DNA of 64,000 nucleotides, taken from Poseidonia sp. (GTDB lineage: Archaea; Thermoplasmatota; Poseidoniia; Poseidoniales; Poseidoniaceae). The notes below the pieces were generated by a model. The model was given only the letters and a program-made list of their open reading frames with translations. It was not told where the DNA came from and ran no database searches. Numbering within the stretch: the stretch's first letter is position 1; every line of letters begins with the position of its first letter. The position numbers and the translations under genes are program-made. This document shows positions 52,818 to 62,030 of this stretch, piece after piece. Location: contig JALRLR010000001.1 in assembly GCA_023254355.1 (NCBI GenBank), forward strand, positions 2,100-66,099, given 5' to 3'.

Positions 52818-53963
52818 TCAAGAGATGTCCGATTCGGAACGACCGTCGAAGACCGGTAAGGATTCAACCACCACCTTGGCCGGTGAGTGGGCGACCCGGA
52901 GGGGTTCGACCCAGAGCAAAGGACCTCCTTTGCTACGGTCGATACGAAGGATGCATTCCCAATGAATGCGTACCAAGTCTGAATGAACGCTGCCTGGCCA
53001 CTCACCTTCGGGGCAGGCCAACGTCATGGCCTCGCCTTCCGTCCACCGTTTAAGTTCCCCCATGGCCATGATTCGCATCGGTCGAAGGTACAAACCGCCC
53101 TTGACCTCTTGGAGTTCCATCGGTGCGTCCTCCCCTCCGGCCGTTCCGTCGTCCAAGCCGGAAATCCAATGATGCGGGAGTTCCGTGGAGAGTCCCGGGG
53201 GTGGTTGGCGACTGACCTCCCTTTCAAGGACCTGCAACAACGTTTCACGAGCAGGGGGCAGAACACCAACTCGCCAAAACACATCCACATGGTTCCAAGT
53301 GGAGGGGCGGTTGTCAAGTTGGAGCGTGATTTCCAACGGCTTGTTGGCGATGGGATTCCCTTGTATCTCCAGCTTGGGCCGTGTTGGATGAGTGGCCAAA
53401 AACCGGTTCTGTCGTCGTAATTCGACCAAATTGGCGAGCACGCGAATGAACAGGGGTGCAAAAATGAGGGGAACCACAAAGACAGCGAGCGCTGGGTAGT
53501 CAAGCAAACCCCAACGAACCGTTTCCAAACCGTACACGGGAAGGCCAAAAAACAGCAAGACAGGAGAGATGAAGAGATAGAATAAGGCGGCCAAAAGCAC
53601 GATGACCACGCCGTTGATGAATTGACGCAGCACGTTATGGACGGGGTTGGGGACCAAGTACCAACCCCTTCGTTGGCGGTATACGGTGTCCACAAAATCC
53701 TCTTCTTCCAGAAAAGCCTGGTCCCCTTCATGCTCCAATCGTTGGCCGTCGAACCAATATTCACGTTGTATCAGCCATGAATCCTCAGTACCCAATCGGA
53801 ACGATGGAGCGAGGTTCATGAGATGGTTCATCGCCTCGTCTTGAGTTTCAAACTGACCCTTCGAAAACGTTCGCTTGCCAATGGGCAGGTGTTCTGGATT
53901 CCACCTTGACGATTCGAAAGGTGGGTAGCGGACGCTTTGGATCTCATCGAGGGACGGCATCAC
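52818..53963 (-). CDS. Hypothetical membrane protein
   Basis: Central hydrophobic helices (VVIVLLAALFYLFISPVLLFFGLPVYGL; ALAVFVVPLIFAPLFI) flanked by soluble domains; co-directional with GGR upstream and the surface lipoprotein downstream. Confidence 0.4.
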   Translation of the reverse strand: MMPSLDEIQSVRYPPFESSRWNPEHLPIGKRTFSKGQFETQDEAMNHLMNLAPSFRLGTEDSWLIQREYWFDGQRLEHEGDQAFLEEEDFVDTVYRQRRGWYLVPNPVHNVLRQFINGVVIVLLAALFYLFISPVLLFFGLPVYGLETVRWGLLDYPALAVFVVPLIFAPLFIRVLANLVELRRQNRFLATHPTRPKLEIQGNPIANKPLEITLQLDNRPSTWNHVDVFWRVGVLPPARETLLQVLEREVSRQPPPGLSTELPHHWISGLDDGTAGGEDAPMELQEVKGGLYLRPMRIMAMGELKRWTEGEAMTLACPEGEWPGSVHSDLVRIHWECILRIDRSKGGPLLWVEPLRVAHSPAKVVVESLPVFDGRSESDIS

Positions 53964-53969
53964 AAAGCC

Positions 53970-55184
53970 TCAGGTCAAAAGCAATCGCACACCCGCTTTG
54001 AGAGCGAGCGGGCGGAAGGCCGGAACTTGACGAAGCAAGGCCATTCCTAGCGGTACAGGCTTTTCGATGTCGCCAATTTCGTTGATGATCTCCAAGGTGT
54101 TGGGGTGTGCAAACGCATTGAAATGCTTGTCAAGGGTTTCGTCCGAGCAGTCGCTTACGAGGAGGTTTCTCAGGGTTCTGGCTCGGTCTTGGTCCCGCTT
54201 CATGGCTTCCCACGGTTTCTTCGTGATGCGTTTCAACTGGACCTCATCCAATTTGTCGGATTGGATGGCCTCAGTCAAGGGTTCAACGATGCATTGTATT
54301 TGATGGAATCCAGGCCCGATGCCGCCACCGGTGGTGGGTTTTGCCATTCCAGCAGCATCACCCAGCAGCATGACTCGAGATTTGACCGCCTTTTTGACCA
54401 TGCCCGAGGGAACGGGGCCGCAATATCGGGCGACCTCCTGCACGTTGGCAAAACGGTCTCGCCAAAGAGGATGGTCCACCAGTGCCTGATAGCAGGATTC
54501 GATGCTTCGACCATTCAATCGCTCGGCGGTTGACCAGAGACCAATGCGATGTGAACCGAAGCCTGAGGGAATGACCCAAGCAAAAAACCCCGGCGCGATT
54601 TCGGAGCCACTGTACATCTCCAACCAACGGTCGCGTCCTTGATAACCAACCACCTCGGTTTGGAATCCAATCATCAATTCCTTTGGGCGTCCCATGCGAA
54701 AGGTTCGGCGTGTCCAACTGTGAGCGCCGTCGGCCCCAATCAGAAGTTTACAGCGAAGTTTCACGTTCTCACCCGAACGGTTGAGAAGGAGCTCGACCCC
54801 CGCATCATCGGTTTTGGCTTCCTTGGGCGTGGTGGCCAGCCAAAGGTCCGAACCACGTTCCATTGCTTGTTGGACGACGAATTGATCAAACCGCTTTCGG
54901 CAAACAACGTATGTACGAAGAACCCCTTCCGTGCCAACGGGTACCAAGGTTCCACTTGGACCGTGAATCAAGGCGCCGTCCACTTCTTCAAGGACCGTGT
55001 GATGAGCAGCCACGGCGTCCATGGCCGAGGGCGTCACGAGGCCGGCACATTGGAACGGACGACCAATTTCATCGTGTTCCTCAATCATCAGCACCCGTAG
55101 GCCTCGTTCAGCGAGCAACCAAGCCGCTCGTCCGCCAACAGGGCCCGCACCAACAACGACCACGTCGTAGTCGTAGGGCTCCAT
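53970..55184 (-). CDS. Geranylgeranyl reductase family FAD-dependent oxidoreductase (archaeal lipid saturation)
   Basis: YDVVVVGAGPVGGRAAWLLAERG FAD dinucleotide fold, CAGLV, GDAAG...P motif; 404 aa. Confidence 0.8.
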   Translation of the reverse strand: MEPYDYDVVVVGAGPVGGRAAWLLAERGLRVLMIEEHDEIGRPFQCAGLVTPSAMDAVAAHHTVLEEVDGALIHGPSGTLVPVGTEGVLRTYVVCRKRFDQFVVQQAMERGSDLWLATTPKEAKTDDAGVELLLNRSGENVKLRCKLLIGADGAHSWTRRTFRMGRPKELMIGFQTEVVGYQGRDRWLEMYSGSEIAPGFFAWVIPSGFGSHRIGLWSTAERLNGRSIESCYQALVDHPLWRDRFANVQEVARYCGPVPSGMVKKAVKSRVMLLGDAAGMAKPTTGGGIGPGFHQIQCIVEPLTEAIQSDKLDEVQLKRITKKPWEAMKRDQDRARTLRNLLVSDCSDETLDKHFNAFAHPNTLEIINEIGDIEKPVPLGMALLRQVPAFRPLALKAGVRLLLT

Positions 55185-55234
55185 GGCAGAGGGTCAGGAG
55201 GGTTGTGTTTCAACCTTCCTTCGGTGGAGGTGCA

Positions 55235-58000
55235 TCAAGAGCGCTTTGCGAACTTGTAGGCAACGGACTCGTTTTTGCGAAGGTATAACGAAGCGGCGAA
55301 GGGATTTCCAGTCTTTTTGGAGGTGAAATCATCGAACGGTCCGAGATTTTTCGTTTCAATCAGCGTTTTTGCTTCTTCTCGGGTGATGTCCCGTTTCGAA
55401 ATGCACCGTTCAATGTGGATCTTGCAACCCGAGCCGCCTTCTTCGACGGTGTAATGCGTCTCCGTTTCGATGATGTTCGCCTTGTGGGTTGGACAAACTC
55501 CAACCACGCCCGGTTCAACCGGGAAACGCTTTGCATCCGCACTTGCGGCCCGTGGAGGGAAATCAAAGGACACCTTGTTTTTGTCGAGCACCAAAAACGC
55601 ACTGAAGGGGCGATTGCGCTTTGAAGTAAAATCCTCGAGGAGGACCGACTTCCCTTGGGTGAAGATGGGCTTCGCTTCTTCCGGTGTTACCGGACGCTTG
55701 CACATGATGTTCTGCATGCCTCTGAAGGTGCAATCGTCAAAATCGCAAACATACGCTGTCGAAGTGATACGGATGGTGCCGTGTTCACAGACAGGACAAG
55801 GACACAGCTCAGCGTCGCTTTCACTGGCTGCAGCTGCGGTGCTTCCCTTAGCAACGACCTTCCCGTCTTGTTCAAGGACAACGGAAGTCTCGTACCCCTC
55901 GCCGGCTTGAGAGAAAAAGCCGTGCAGGTCGTCCAATTGCTTGGATTCAATCAGACGAGTGGCCGTTGTACGGTCAAACCAGCGTCCTGATGTGTCTTTC
56001 CAGAACACGAAAGGACACCCCTTATCGCGTCCTTCATTCAATTCACACTGGTAGGAAAGGGTCGTTTCGATGACGTTTGCGGAGCAGGTCGGACATGCCC
56101 CGAGGGGCGGTTCGTTGGCGTAGAGCTGGCTCCGGTCATGGTCGCGAATTTTGGTGACCAGCGTGGTGGTTTGGTCAATGATTTTGGCCATGTAGGATTC
56201 CATGGCTTCCTCGCCCCTTTGGACCGCTAGCAGGGACGCCTCCATGTCGCCCGTGAGTTCAGGTGAAGTGATCCATTCGACGGGGATCCTTCGCAAAATG
56301 TCAATCATCCGAATGCCGTGTGGAGCCGCGCTGATGGTCCCGTTGCGTGAACGGCGAATGTAATTCCTATCGATCAACTTCTCGATGGTGTCGGCACGCG
56401 TGGCGGGGGTGCCAAGTCCCTTGTCTTTCATGGCTTCAGCCAACTCATCGTCATCGATGTGCTTGCCAGCGTGTTCCATCAATTGCAACAGGCTCGCCTC
56501 TTTGAGTCGGTTCTTGGGTTTGGAGAATTCCTCGGAGAACTCGTGTTCTTCAAGGGTCGATTCCGCTGGATTTGAGGGCAACTGACCCCATCCCTCCGGT
56601 ACATTATCCTTCTTTGGAACAACCGCTCGCCATCCGGGTTGGTCAAGAGCCTCAACTTCTTTGATGAATTGCTGGCCTTCTTTGCTGGTGGTTCGCTTGG
56701 TGACCGTCCACGCCGATGGTGGGTGCCAGGAGGCGAGGAAGTTGCGAACGATGAGATCGTACAACTTTGCATGATCACCGCTGAGATTGTTCGGTGGTTG
56801 TTGTCCCGTGGGTACAATGGCGTAGTGATCAGAGACTTTGCTGTTGTCAAAGTTTCTGCCTGCATTGGCCAGGCCATCGCTTTGCAAGCGTGCGACATGT
56901 TCGCTGTACTCTCCTTGCGACTTGATTTGCTCAAGGGTCTTTGCAACCGTTTCATGCATGTCTTCGGGAAGATGTTTTGAATCGGTACGAGGATAGGTCG
57001 TCAGTTTGAACTTGTCATACAGGTCTTGGGCCACGCCCAAGGTTCGCTTTGCCGACCACGACCACAGGCTGTTGGCACGTTTCTGGAGCGTGGTAAGGTC
57101 GAAATTCAAGGGCGGCTGCTCACGCTTGGTCCGATGCGTTTCCTCAGTTGAAAACGGTGAGGCACTGTTCAACACGGCCTCAATGGCTTCTTTTTCAGCC
57201 AATTCAACAATCCGATGTGCTTTCAGTTCAGGACGTTCATCGTCGTCTTTGTGGTCCATTCGTTCCCATCGGGCGGTCCACTTGGCCTCCCCTGACTGGA
57301 ACGTGGCGTTGAGTTGCCAATAGGGAAGGGGAACATGGGAAAGAACTTCCAATTCGTGGTCCACGACCAAGGCCAAAGTGGCGGTTTGAACACGGCCCAA
57401 GGAATTGGACGACCGATCGCGGCGATTTTGAGGCAGGAAGGTGTTGGCCACGCGAGAACCGTTCATACCGATGATCCAGTCGGCATGAGAACGAGCGTAA
57501 GCCGCATCGCTCAACGCCTTGTATTCATCGCCACTTTTTCGATTTTCGAAAGCCGAGAGCATGGCATCGAAGGTCATTGACTGCATCCACATTCGTGATA
57601 GGGGTGTGTTCACCTTGGCGTGTGCAACGATGGTTCTGAAGATCAGTTCACCTTCCCTAGCAGCATCGCAGGCGTTGACAATTTCCGTGACGGCTTTGTC
57701 CTTCAGCAACTTTTTGATGGCGTTGAGTTGGGTTTTGTTCCGTCCGCCTTTGGGTTTGTATTCAAAGGTGGGTGGAATGTAGGGTAAGCGGTCGATGGTT
57801 TTTCGCCAGTTTTTGAAGGCTTCATCGTACTCGTCCATGAATTTGAGTTCGAGCAAATGACCCACGGCCCACGTGATGATGATGTCATCGCTATGCCAGT
57901 GGGTGTCCAATTTTTTCCCTACCCCGAGGACGTTTGCAAGGTCCTCGGCAACACTGGGTTTCTCAGCAATGATGACGATGGACATGTTGTTGAACCGCAA
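55235..58000 (-). CDS. topA: Type IA DNA topoisomerase (Topo I/III) with three C-terminal zinc ribbons
   Basis: MSIVIIAEKPSVAEDLANVLG Toprim start, active-site Tyr region, C-terminal CPTCS...C, CPCPVC...C, CPTH...C ribbons; 921 aa. Confidence 0.85.
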   Translation of the reverse strand: MRFNNMSIVIIAEKPSVAEDLANVLGVGKKLDTHWHSDDIIITWAVGHLLELKFMDEYDEAFKNWRKTIDRLPYIPPTFEYKPKGGRNKTQLNAIKKLLKDKAVTEIVNACDAAREGELIFRTIVAHAKVNTPLSRMWMQSMTFDAMLSAFENRKSGDEYKALSDAAYARSHADWIIGMNGSRVANTFLPQNRRDRSSNSLGRVQTATLALVVDHELEVLSHVPLPYWQLNATFQSGEAKWTARWERMDHKDDDERPELKAHRIVELAEKEAIEAVLNSASPFSTEETHRTKREQPPLNFDLTTLQKRANSLWSWSAKRTLGVAQDLYDKFKLTTYPRTDSKHLPEDMHETVAKTLEQIKSQGEYSEHVARLQSDGLANAGRNFDNSKVSDHYAIVPTGQQPPNNLSGDHAKLYDLIVRNFLASWHPPSAWTVTKRTTSKEGQQFIKEVEALDQPGWRAVVPKKDNVPEGWGQLPSNPAESTLEEHEFSEEFSKPKNRLKEASLLQLMEHAGKHIDDDELAEAMKDKGLGTPATRADTIEKLIDRNYIRRSRNGTISAAPHGIRMIDILRRIPVEWITSPELTGDMEASLLAVQRGEEAMESYMAKIIDQTTTLVTKIRDHDRSQLYANEPPLGACPTCSANVIETTLSYQCELNEGRDKGCPFVFWKDTSGRWFDRTTATRLIESKQLDDLHGFFSQAGEGYETSVVLEQDGKVVAKGSTAAAASESDAELCPCPVCEHGTIRITSTAYVCDFDDCTFRGMQNIMCKRPVTPEEAKPIFTQGKSVLLEDFTSKRNRPFSAFLVLDKNKVSFDFPPRAASADAKRFPVEPGVVGVCPTHKANIIETETHYTVEEGGSGCKIHIERCISKRDITREEAKTLIETKNLGPFDDFTSKKTGNPFAASLYLRKNESVAYKFAKRS

Positions 58001-58067
58001 CGACGACCATACTTGAACCCTCCTTCAACTTCGGTTCGCCTCGTGTGCGTGCATGAAATGTTTCATT

Positions 58068-58505
58068 TCATGGACCAAAAACATCCGATTGAACAAGCCG
58101 CTTCCGGTTGGCCTCCTCGTCCCAAGGCTGTTCCGCCTCTTTCCCTGCGCATCCCACGCATCCGGGGTAACCGGCATCCAGTAAATCAATCGCCGTCGCT
58201 TTGATGGCCTCCCATGCCTCCTTTGCCTCAAGTGGAATCCAAACCACGCCGAGGGGGGGTTCGCTATCGTTGCATTGGACCAGCACTTCCAAAGTGGATG
58301 GACGAAGGAGAGTCAGCGGTTCATCGAAGTTGGGTAAACAGGTCGGAAAGTGTAACCTCGACGGGAGACGGTCTCCCATCAACACCCCGAGGGAGTGGAG
58401 TTCAGGTTCAATCCAATCGGGTCCTTGGACCATGATGTGTTCTTCCCGTAACAACAGCCGAGCAGCCTCACGTACGGCCGGCCAACGCGGGTCCGTGATT
58501 CGCAT
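58068..58505 (-). CDS. Hypothetical protein, divergent from pyrD
   Basis: The track ORF 58068..58625 overlaps the pyrD 5' end, so I trimmed it to ATG 58505 (MRITDPRW...). It contains CPLFPC and CVGCAG cysteine pairs. Low confidence that it is expressed. Confidence 0.3.
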   Translation of the reverse strand: MRITDPRWPAVREAARLLLREEHIMVQGPDWIEPELHSLGVLMGDRLPSRLHFPTCLPNFDEPLTLLRPSTLEVLVQCNDSEPPLGVVWIPLEAKEAWEAIKATAIDLLDAGYPGCVGCAGKEAEQPWDEEANRKRLVQSDVFGP

Positions 58506-58559
58506 GTTGCAAGGGAAAAGGGGGCAAGTCTTGAAGGATGGCTTTGCCGACCCTCTTGC

Positions 58560-59696
58560 ATGGGCGTGGGCTACAAGTTGTTTGCACGTCCCGCGCTCGC
58601 ACTGCAAGATTCCGAACGGGCCCACAAGCGAAGTCTGCGGATGCTGCGATGGATGGCGGCGACTGCTCCCGGACGTCTGATGCTACGCTCGCTCTACGCA
58701 CCCCGTCGCACGGTTCCGGTCAACTTGTTCGGGCATGAATACAAACACCCGTTCGGACTTGCTGCTGGGATGGACAAAAACGCAGAAGCATTGCGAGGAT
58801 GGGATGCCATCGGCCTCGCCTTCATTGAAATTGGCGGGGTGACCATGCTGGGCCAAGAAGGCAACCCAAAACCTCGGATGTTTCGAGCCGACGCCTCGAA
58901 AGCTCTGGTCAACCGCATGGGGTTCAACAACCAAGGCAGTGAAGCGATTCAACGCCACCTCGAGGCTCATGTTCGTCGCTACGGTCGGCCCAAGGCCCCG
59001 CTCTGGGTGAATTTAGGAAAATCGAAGGTGACCTCCTTGGAAGATGCGCACACCGATTACGCCACCACCATGGAACGTCTTTGGAAGCACACGGACGTTT
59101 TTGTTATCAACGTCTCATCGCCAAACACCCCTCATTTGCGGACCCTTCAAAACGATGAGGGTCTCCAACGGATTCTCGACGCATGCCACGAAGTCAACCA
59201 ACGCCTTTCAGCCTCAACCACCAAAGATGAAATCCCGTTATTGGTCAAGATCGCTCCCGACGTCGCCGATGAACAATTGGAACTGATCGTTCGAACGGCA
59301 CAAGCCAACGGCGCAGCAGGGATGGTGGTCAGCAACACCACCCTCGCTCGTCCAGAACCCCGTTCTTCCAAAGAAAAACACCTCTTCGAAGAACAAGGTG
59401 GGTTGAGCGGCCAACCCCTGAAGAACCGCTCCACTGAATTGATACGCCAAGTTCGCTCGCTGGCAGGTCCAGATTGGCCCATTGTTGGCGTGGGTGGCGT
59501 CGCGAATGCGGATGATGCATGGGAAAAAATTCGTGCAGGGGCCAGCTTGGTCCAAGCCTACAGTGCCTTTGTCTTTGAAGGCCCAGCACTGGTAAAATCG
59601 GTCGTCCACGGCTTGGATAAACGACGCCGATCTGCTGGATTTGAGACGCTTCAGCAGGCGGTCGGAATGGATGACGTGCCCGCCGAGGATTGTTAA
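58560..59696 (+). CDS. pyrD: Dihydroorotate dehydrogenase (class 2-like)
   Basis: N-terminus YKLFARPALALQDSERAH matches PyrD (YPFVRKALFQLDPERAHE). GFNNQG, LWVNLGKSK and the active-site loop are present. ATG at 58560. Confidence 0.85.
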   Translation: MGVGYKLFARPALALQDSERAHKRSLRMLRWMAATAPGRLMLRSLYAPRRTVPVNLFGHEYKHPFGLAAGMDKNAEALRGWDAIGLAFIEIGGVTMLGQEGNPKPRMFRADASKALVNRMGFNNQGSEAIQRHLEAHVRRYGRPKAPLWVNLGKSKVTSLEDAHTDYATTMERLWKHTDVFVINVSSPNTPHLRTLQNDEGLQRILDACHEVNQRLSASTTKDEIPLLVKIAPDVADEQLELIVRTAQANGAAGMVVSNTTLARPEPRSSKEKHLFEEQGGLSGQPLKNRSTELIRQVRSLAGPDWPIVGVGGVANADDAWEKIRAGASLVQAYSAFVFEGPALVKSVVHGLDKRRRSAGFETLQQAVGMDDVPAEDC

Positions 59697-59720
59697 AGGT
59701 GCATCGATTGAGGGTAGGCA

Positions 59721-60113
59721 ATGTGGGCCCGTCGAACCCGTGTCTTGGTCATCGGGGCGGTCCTCATGGTCGGCCTCTTGGCGACGGTGCTGCTTCAAGC
59801 CCCGACGCCAACACAGACGGTTGATGAGGTGATGAAGTCCCCAAATAATTTGGTTGATCAGGACATCGCCGTGCGTGGTGAAGTACGGGATGGAACCATC
59901 GATAACGGCACCATGACCTTCATTCTTGAAGGGGCCACCTCGACGCTGCTGGTGAGTTTCAACGATGCGTCGGTATCGAACGGATTGGATGACAATCGGA
60001 CCGTGTATGCTGAAGGTGTGCTTCGATTTGACGGCGAAAACTACCGGCTTGATGCGAACGTGATCAAGACCTCGTGCCCCTCAAAATACGAGGAAGGGGA
60101 GAACAACGGCTGA
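59721..60113 (+). CDS. ccmE: CcmE-like heme chaperone, archaeal variant (CxxxY in place of HxxxY)
   Basis: N-terminal TM (VLVIGAVLMVGLLATVLL), an OB-fold body of about 90 aa (AVRGEVRDG...TMTFILEGATSTLLVSF...VYAEGVLRFDG) and the C-terminal SCPSKY = C-P-S-K-Y. 130 aa. Confidence 0.45.
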   Translation: MWARRTRVLVIGAVLMVGLLATVLLQAPTPTQTVDEVMKSPNNLVDQDIAVRGEVRDGTIDNGTMTFILEGATSTLLVSFNDASVSNGLDDNRTVYAEGVLRFDGENYRLDANVIKTSCPSKYEEGENNG

Positions 60114-60130
60114 GGTTTGGCTTCGTTGCC

Positions 60131-60138
60131 TTCATATA
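60131..60138 (+). promoter_or_regulatory. TATA-like box (TTCATATAGG) upstream of the SRP RNA
   Basis: An A/T-rich element about 25 bp upstream of the predicted 5' terminal helix of the 7S RNA. Confidence 0.4.
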
Positions 60139-60160
60139 GGCTGAAGTGGACCGTTGAACG

Positions 60161-60457
60161 GGATAGGTGGGGAGCTCGGCGTACCCTGTACCACAAAGCG
60201 TCGTTATGGTGGACTGAACGCCTTGGGGCGGCGAAAGCGGTCTCGTGGTTCCCGTAGGCGGACGTTGATGTCTCGCCCCCACATGACTCGGGTGTCATGA
60301 ACCGTCTCCGGAAGGAAACGGGAATTGGATAACCGGGGGACTAGGTCAGGCCGGGAACGGAGCAGCCCTACCTGGGGCCATGGGTGCTGTGGGGATCCGG
60401 GATGGAGGAAGCTTGCGGATTTGGCTGCGCGAAGCGCACGTCCACCCTCGGCCCTCC
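60161..60457 (+). ncRNA. ffs: Signal recognition particle RNA (archaeal 7S RNA), about 295 nt; ends approximate
   Basis: The helix-8 (domain IV) core AGGUCAGGCCGGGAACGGAGCAGCC at 60342..60366 closely matches the universal SRP motif (E. coli 4.5S GGUCAGGUCCGGAAGGAAGCAGCC). The 5' GGUGGGGAG (60167..60175) pairs with the 3' CUCCCACC (60448..60455). Internal hairpins: CCAC...GGUGG, GGCGAAAGC. All overlapping track ORFs are short and mutually overlapping. Confidence 0.6.
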
Positions 60458-60460
60458 CAC

Positions 60461-60847
60461 CTAAATGTCAAACACGACTTGAGCGTACCAACAGGGGCCA
60501 ACAAATTCAGGAACACCGTCATACGGGCTGAGAACGCTTTCATCCGGCTCGATGAATTTGAGTTCGAAGTCGTGGGTCGTGATGGCTTTGATTTCAATTT
60601 CACGCTCAATCAGGGTGGCATCCACCCATGCCACCTGGGCGATGAGTTCCATACCTTGCTCAATGGATACGATTCGCAATTGGGACTCCACCAACCATTG
60701 CTGATGGACCTCGGCCCGGTACAAGATTTCGTCAAGCCAAGCGAGAAACAGAAAACCGAGGTCTTGGGGGTTGTGTGGGGAACGCACTCGCCATTCACCG
60801 CTGTGGCGCAGATGTGAATTGACCTCCTTGGCCGCCTGGGATGACAT
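60461..60847 (-). CDS. Archease-like protein (RtcB activator)
   Basis: WLDEILY (compare archease WLEELLY) and the C-terminal IKAITTHDFELKFIE are archease-like. The N-terminal HSGEW is diverged from EHTAD. Start chosen at ATG 60847. Confidence 0.45.
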   Translation of the reverse strand: MSSQAAKEVNSHLRHSGEWRVRSPHNPQDLGFLFLAWLDEILYRAEVHQQWLVESQLRIVSIEQGMELIAQVAWVDATLIEREIEIKAITTHDFELKFIEPDESVLSPYDGVPEFVGPCWYAQVVFDI

Positions 60848-60964
60848 CAGATAGGTTTGCACGCCATGAGCAGCGTCTTGGAGCAGGGTTGCCGGTGATG
60901 GGGCCACGACGGCCATGCCAGCGTCGGCCGTCGTGGGAAACAACCAGGAACTCACCAAGCCACC

Positions 60965-62026
60965 TCAACGTTTTGAGACTTGGAGGTTCCACACGTGTTC
61001 ACCGACTCGATGAATCATTGCATCCCGATTGAGGACGAACGCATCGGTCTGCTCGGCGGCCAAGATGCATTCGCAAGCTGCGTTGGCTAAGAGCGCCGTG
61101 GACCTGACATCGAGATTTCTGGAAAGGGCGAAGGCAATGGCAACGGCCGCAGCATCGATCAGACCAATCATTTGACGCAGATCCAACAAGCCGCAGGGAG
61201 CGTGAACGGTTTCTTCATCGGCGGAATAAATGGTCACGCCAGCCTCACCGGAAAGCACAACAAGATGTTTCCATCGATATTGCTTGAGAAGTTTTTCAGC
61301 CGCCTCTGCTCCGGTGGATGCGGCTAATCGCCTTCGCATCAACTCCAAGCCTTGGCTTTGAAAGAGAATCCAATCAACCCCCTCGGTACGGTGAAGTCCA
61401 GTGAGTTTCGGGTCCGCAATCACAGGAATGTTTCGCTCTTTGGCGGCGGTAAACAACGCTTCAGCCCCTTGGTCCGTGATGACCCCTTGGCCGTAATCCG
61501 AAGCGATCAAGGCCGCTGCACCTTCCAAATCATGGACGGCTTGCTCGTAGAGAGCCGTGGAGGCTTCTTCAGGAACGGGGTCGTCGTCCTCAATGTCCCA
61601 ACGCAACAACAACTGTTCTTCTCGAATCAGACTTTCCCGGGAAGCGAGCATGCGTGTTTTGACCGTCGTGGTCCGGTCTTCAATGATGGCAATGCCGTGC
61701 GTGGTCACGCCCTCATTTTCAAGCGATTCAATGATGCTGAGGCCAGCCGCGTCGTCCCCGACCACACCGAAGAGATGACTTTCCATGCCCATGGAACGGA
61801 GGCCACGAGCCACGTGAGCGGCCGCACCCACGTCTTCTTCACGGGCCGTTTCTCGAAGAACGGGAACCGGGGCACGTGAATTGAGATTGTTGGCGTAGCC
61901 GTGAATGTAACAATCCATCATTACATCGCCGATAAGCACAATCTTGGCTGATTCGTTTGAACGCAGGTGGAATTTCAGTTCGGACAAGGTGTCGTGGAGT
62001 CGTGCTTCTTCATCCGTCATTCCCAT
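60965..62026 (-). CDS. PfkB-family sugar kinase, RfaE domain I-like (heptose or nucleotide-sugar precursor kinase)
   Basis: IVLIGDVMMDCYIHG N-terminal motif (RfaE VLVVGD.M.D.Y). Ribokinase-fold GG...D region. C-terminal anion hole DAAAVAIAF. Start at ATG 62026, which is 5 nt after the upstream stop. Confidence 0.6.
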   Translation of the reverse strand: MGMTDEEARLHDTLSELKFHLRSNESAKIVLIGDVMMDCYIHGYANNLNSRAPVPVLRETAREEDVGAAAHVARGLRSMGMESHLFGVVGDDAAGLSIIESLENEGVTTHGIAIIEDRTTTVKTRMLASRESLIREEQLLLRWDIEDDDPVPEEASTALYEQAVHDLEGAAALIASDYGQGVITDQGAEALFTAAKERNIPVIADPKLTGLHRTEGVDWILFQSQGLELMRRRLAASTGAEAAEKLLKQYRWKHLVVLSGEAGVTIYSADEETVHAPCGLLDLRQMIGLIDAAAVAIAFALSRNLDVRSTALLANAACECILAAEQTDAFVLNRDAMIHRVGEHVWNLQVSKR

Positions 62027-62030
62027 GGTG

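Noticed and set aside
60325-60817. Short ORFs (60325..60531 plus, 60346..60609 minus, 60380..60817 plus) in the ccmE-archease gap
   Set aside because: The region carries the conserved SRP RNA helix-8 motif and RNA-type helices. The ORFs overlap each other and have no protein features.
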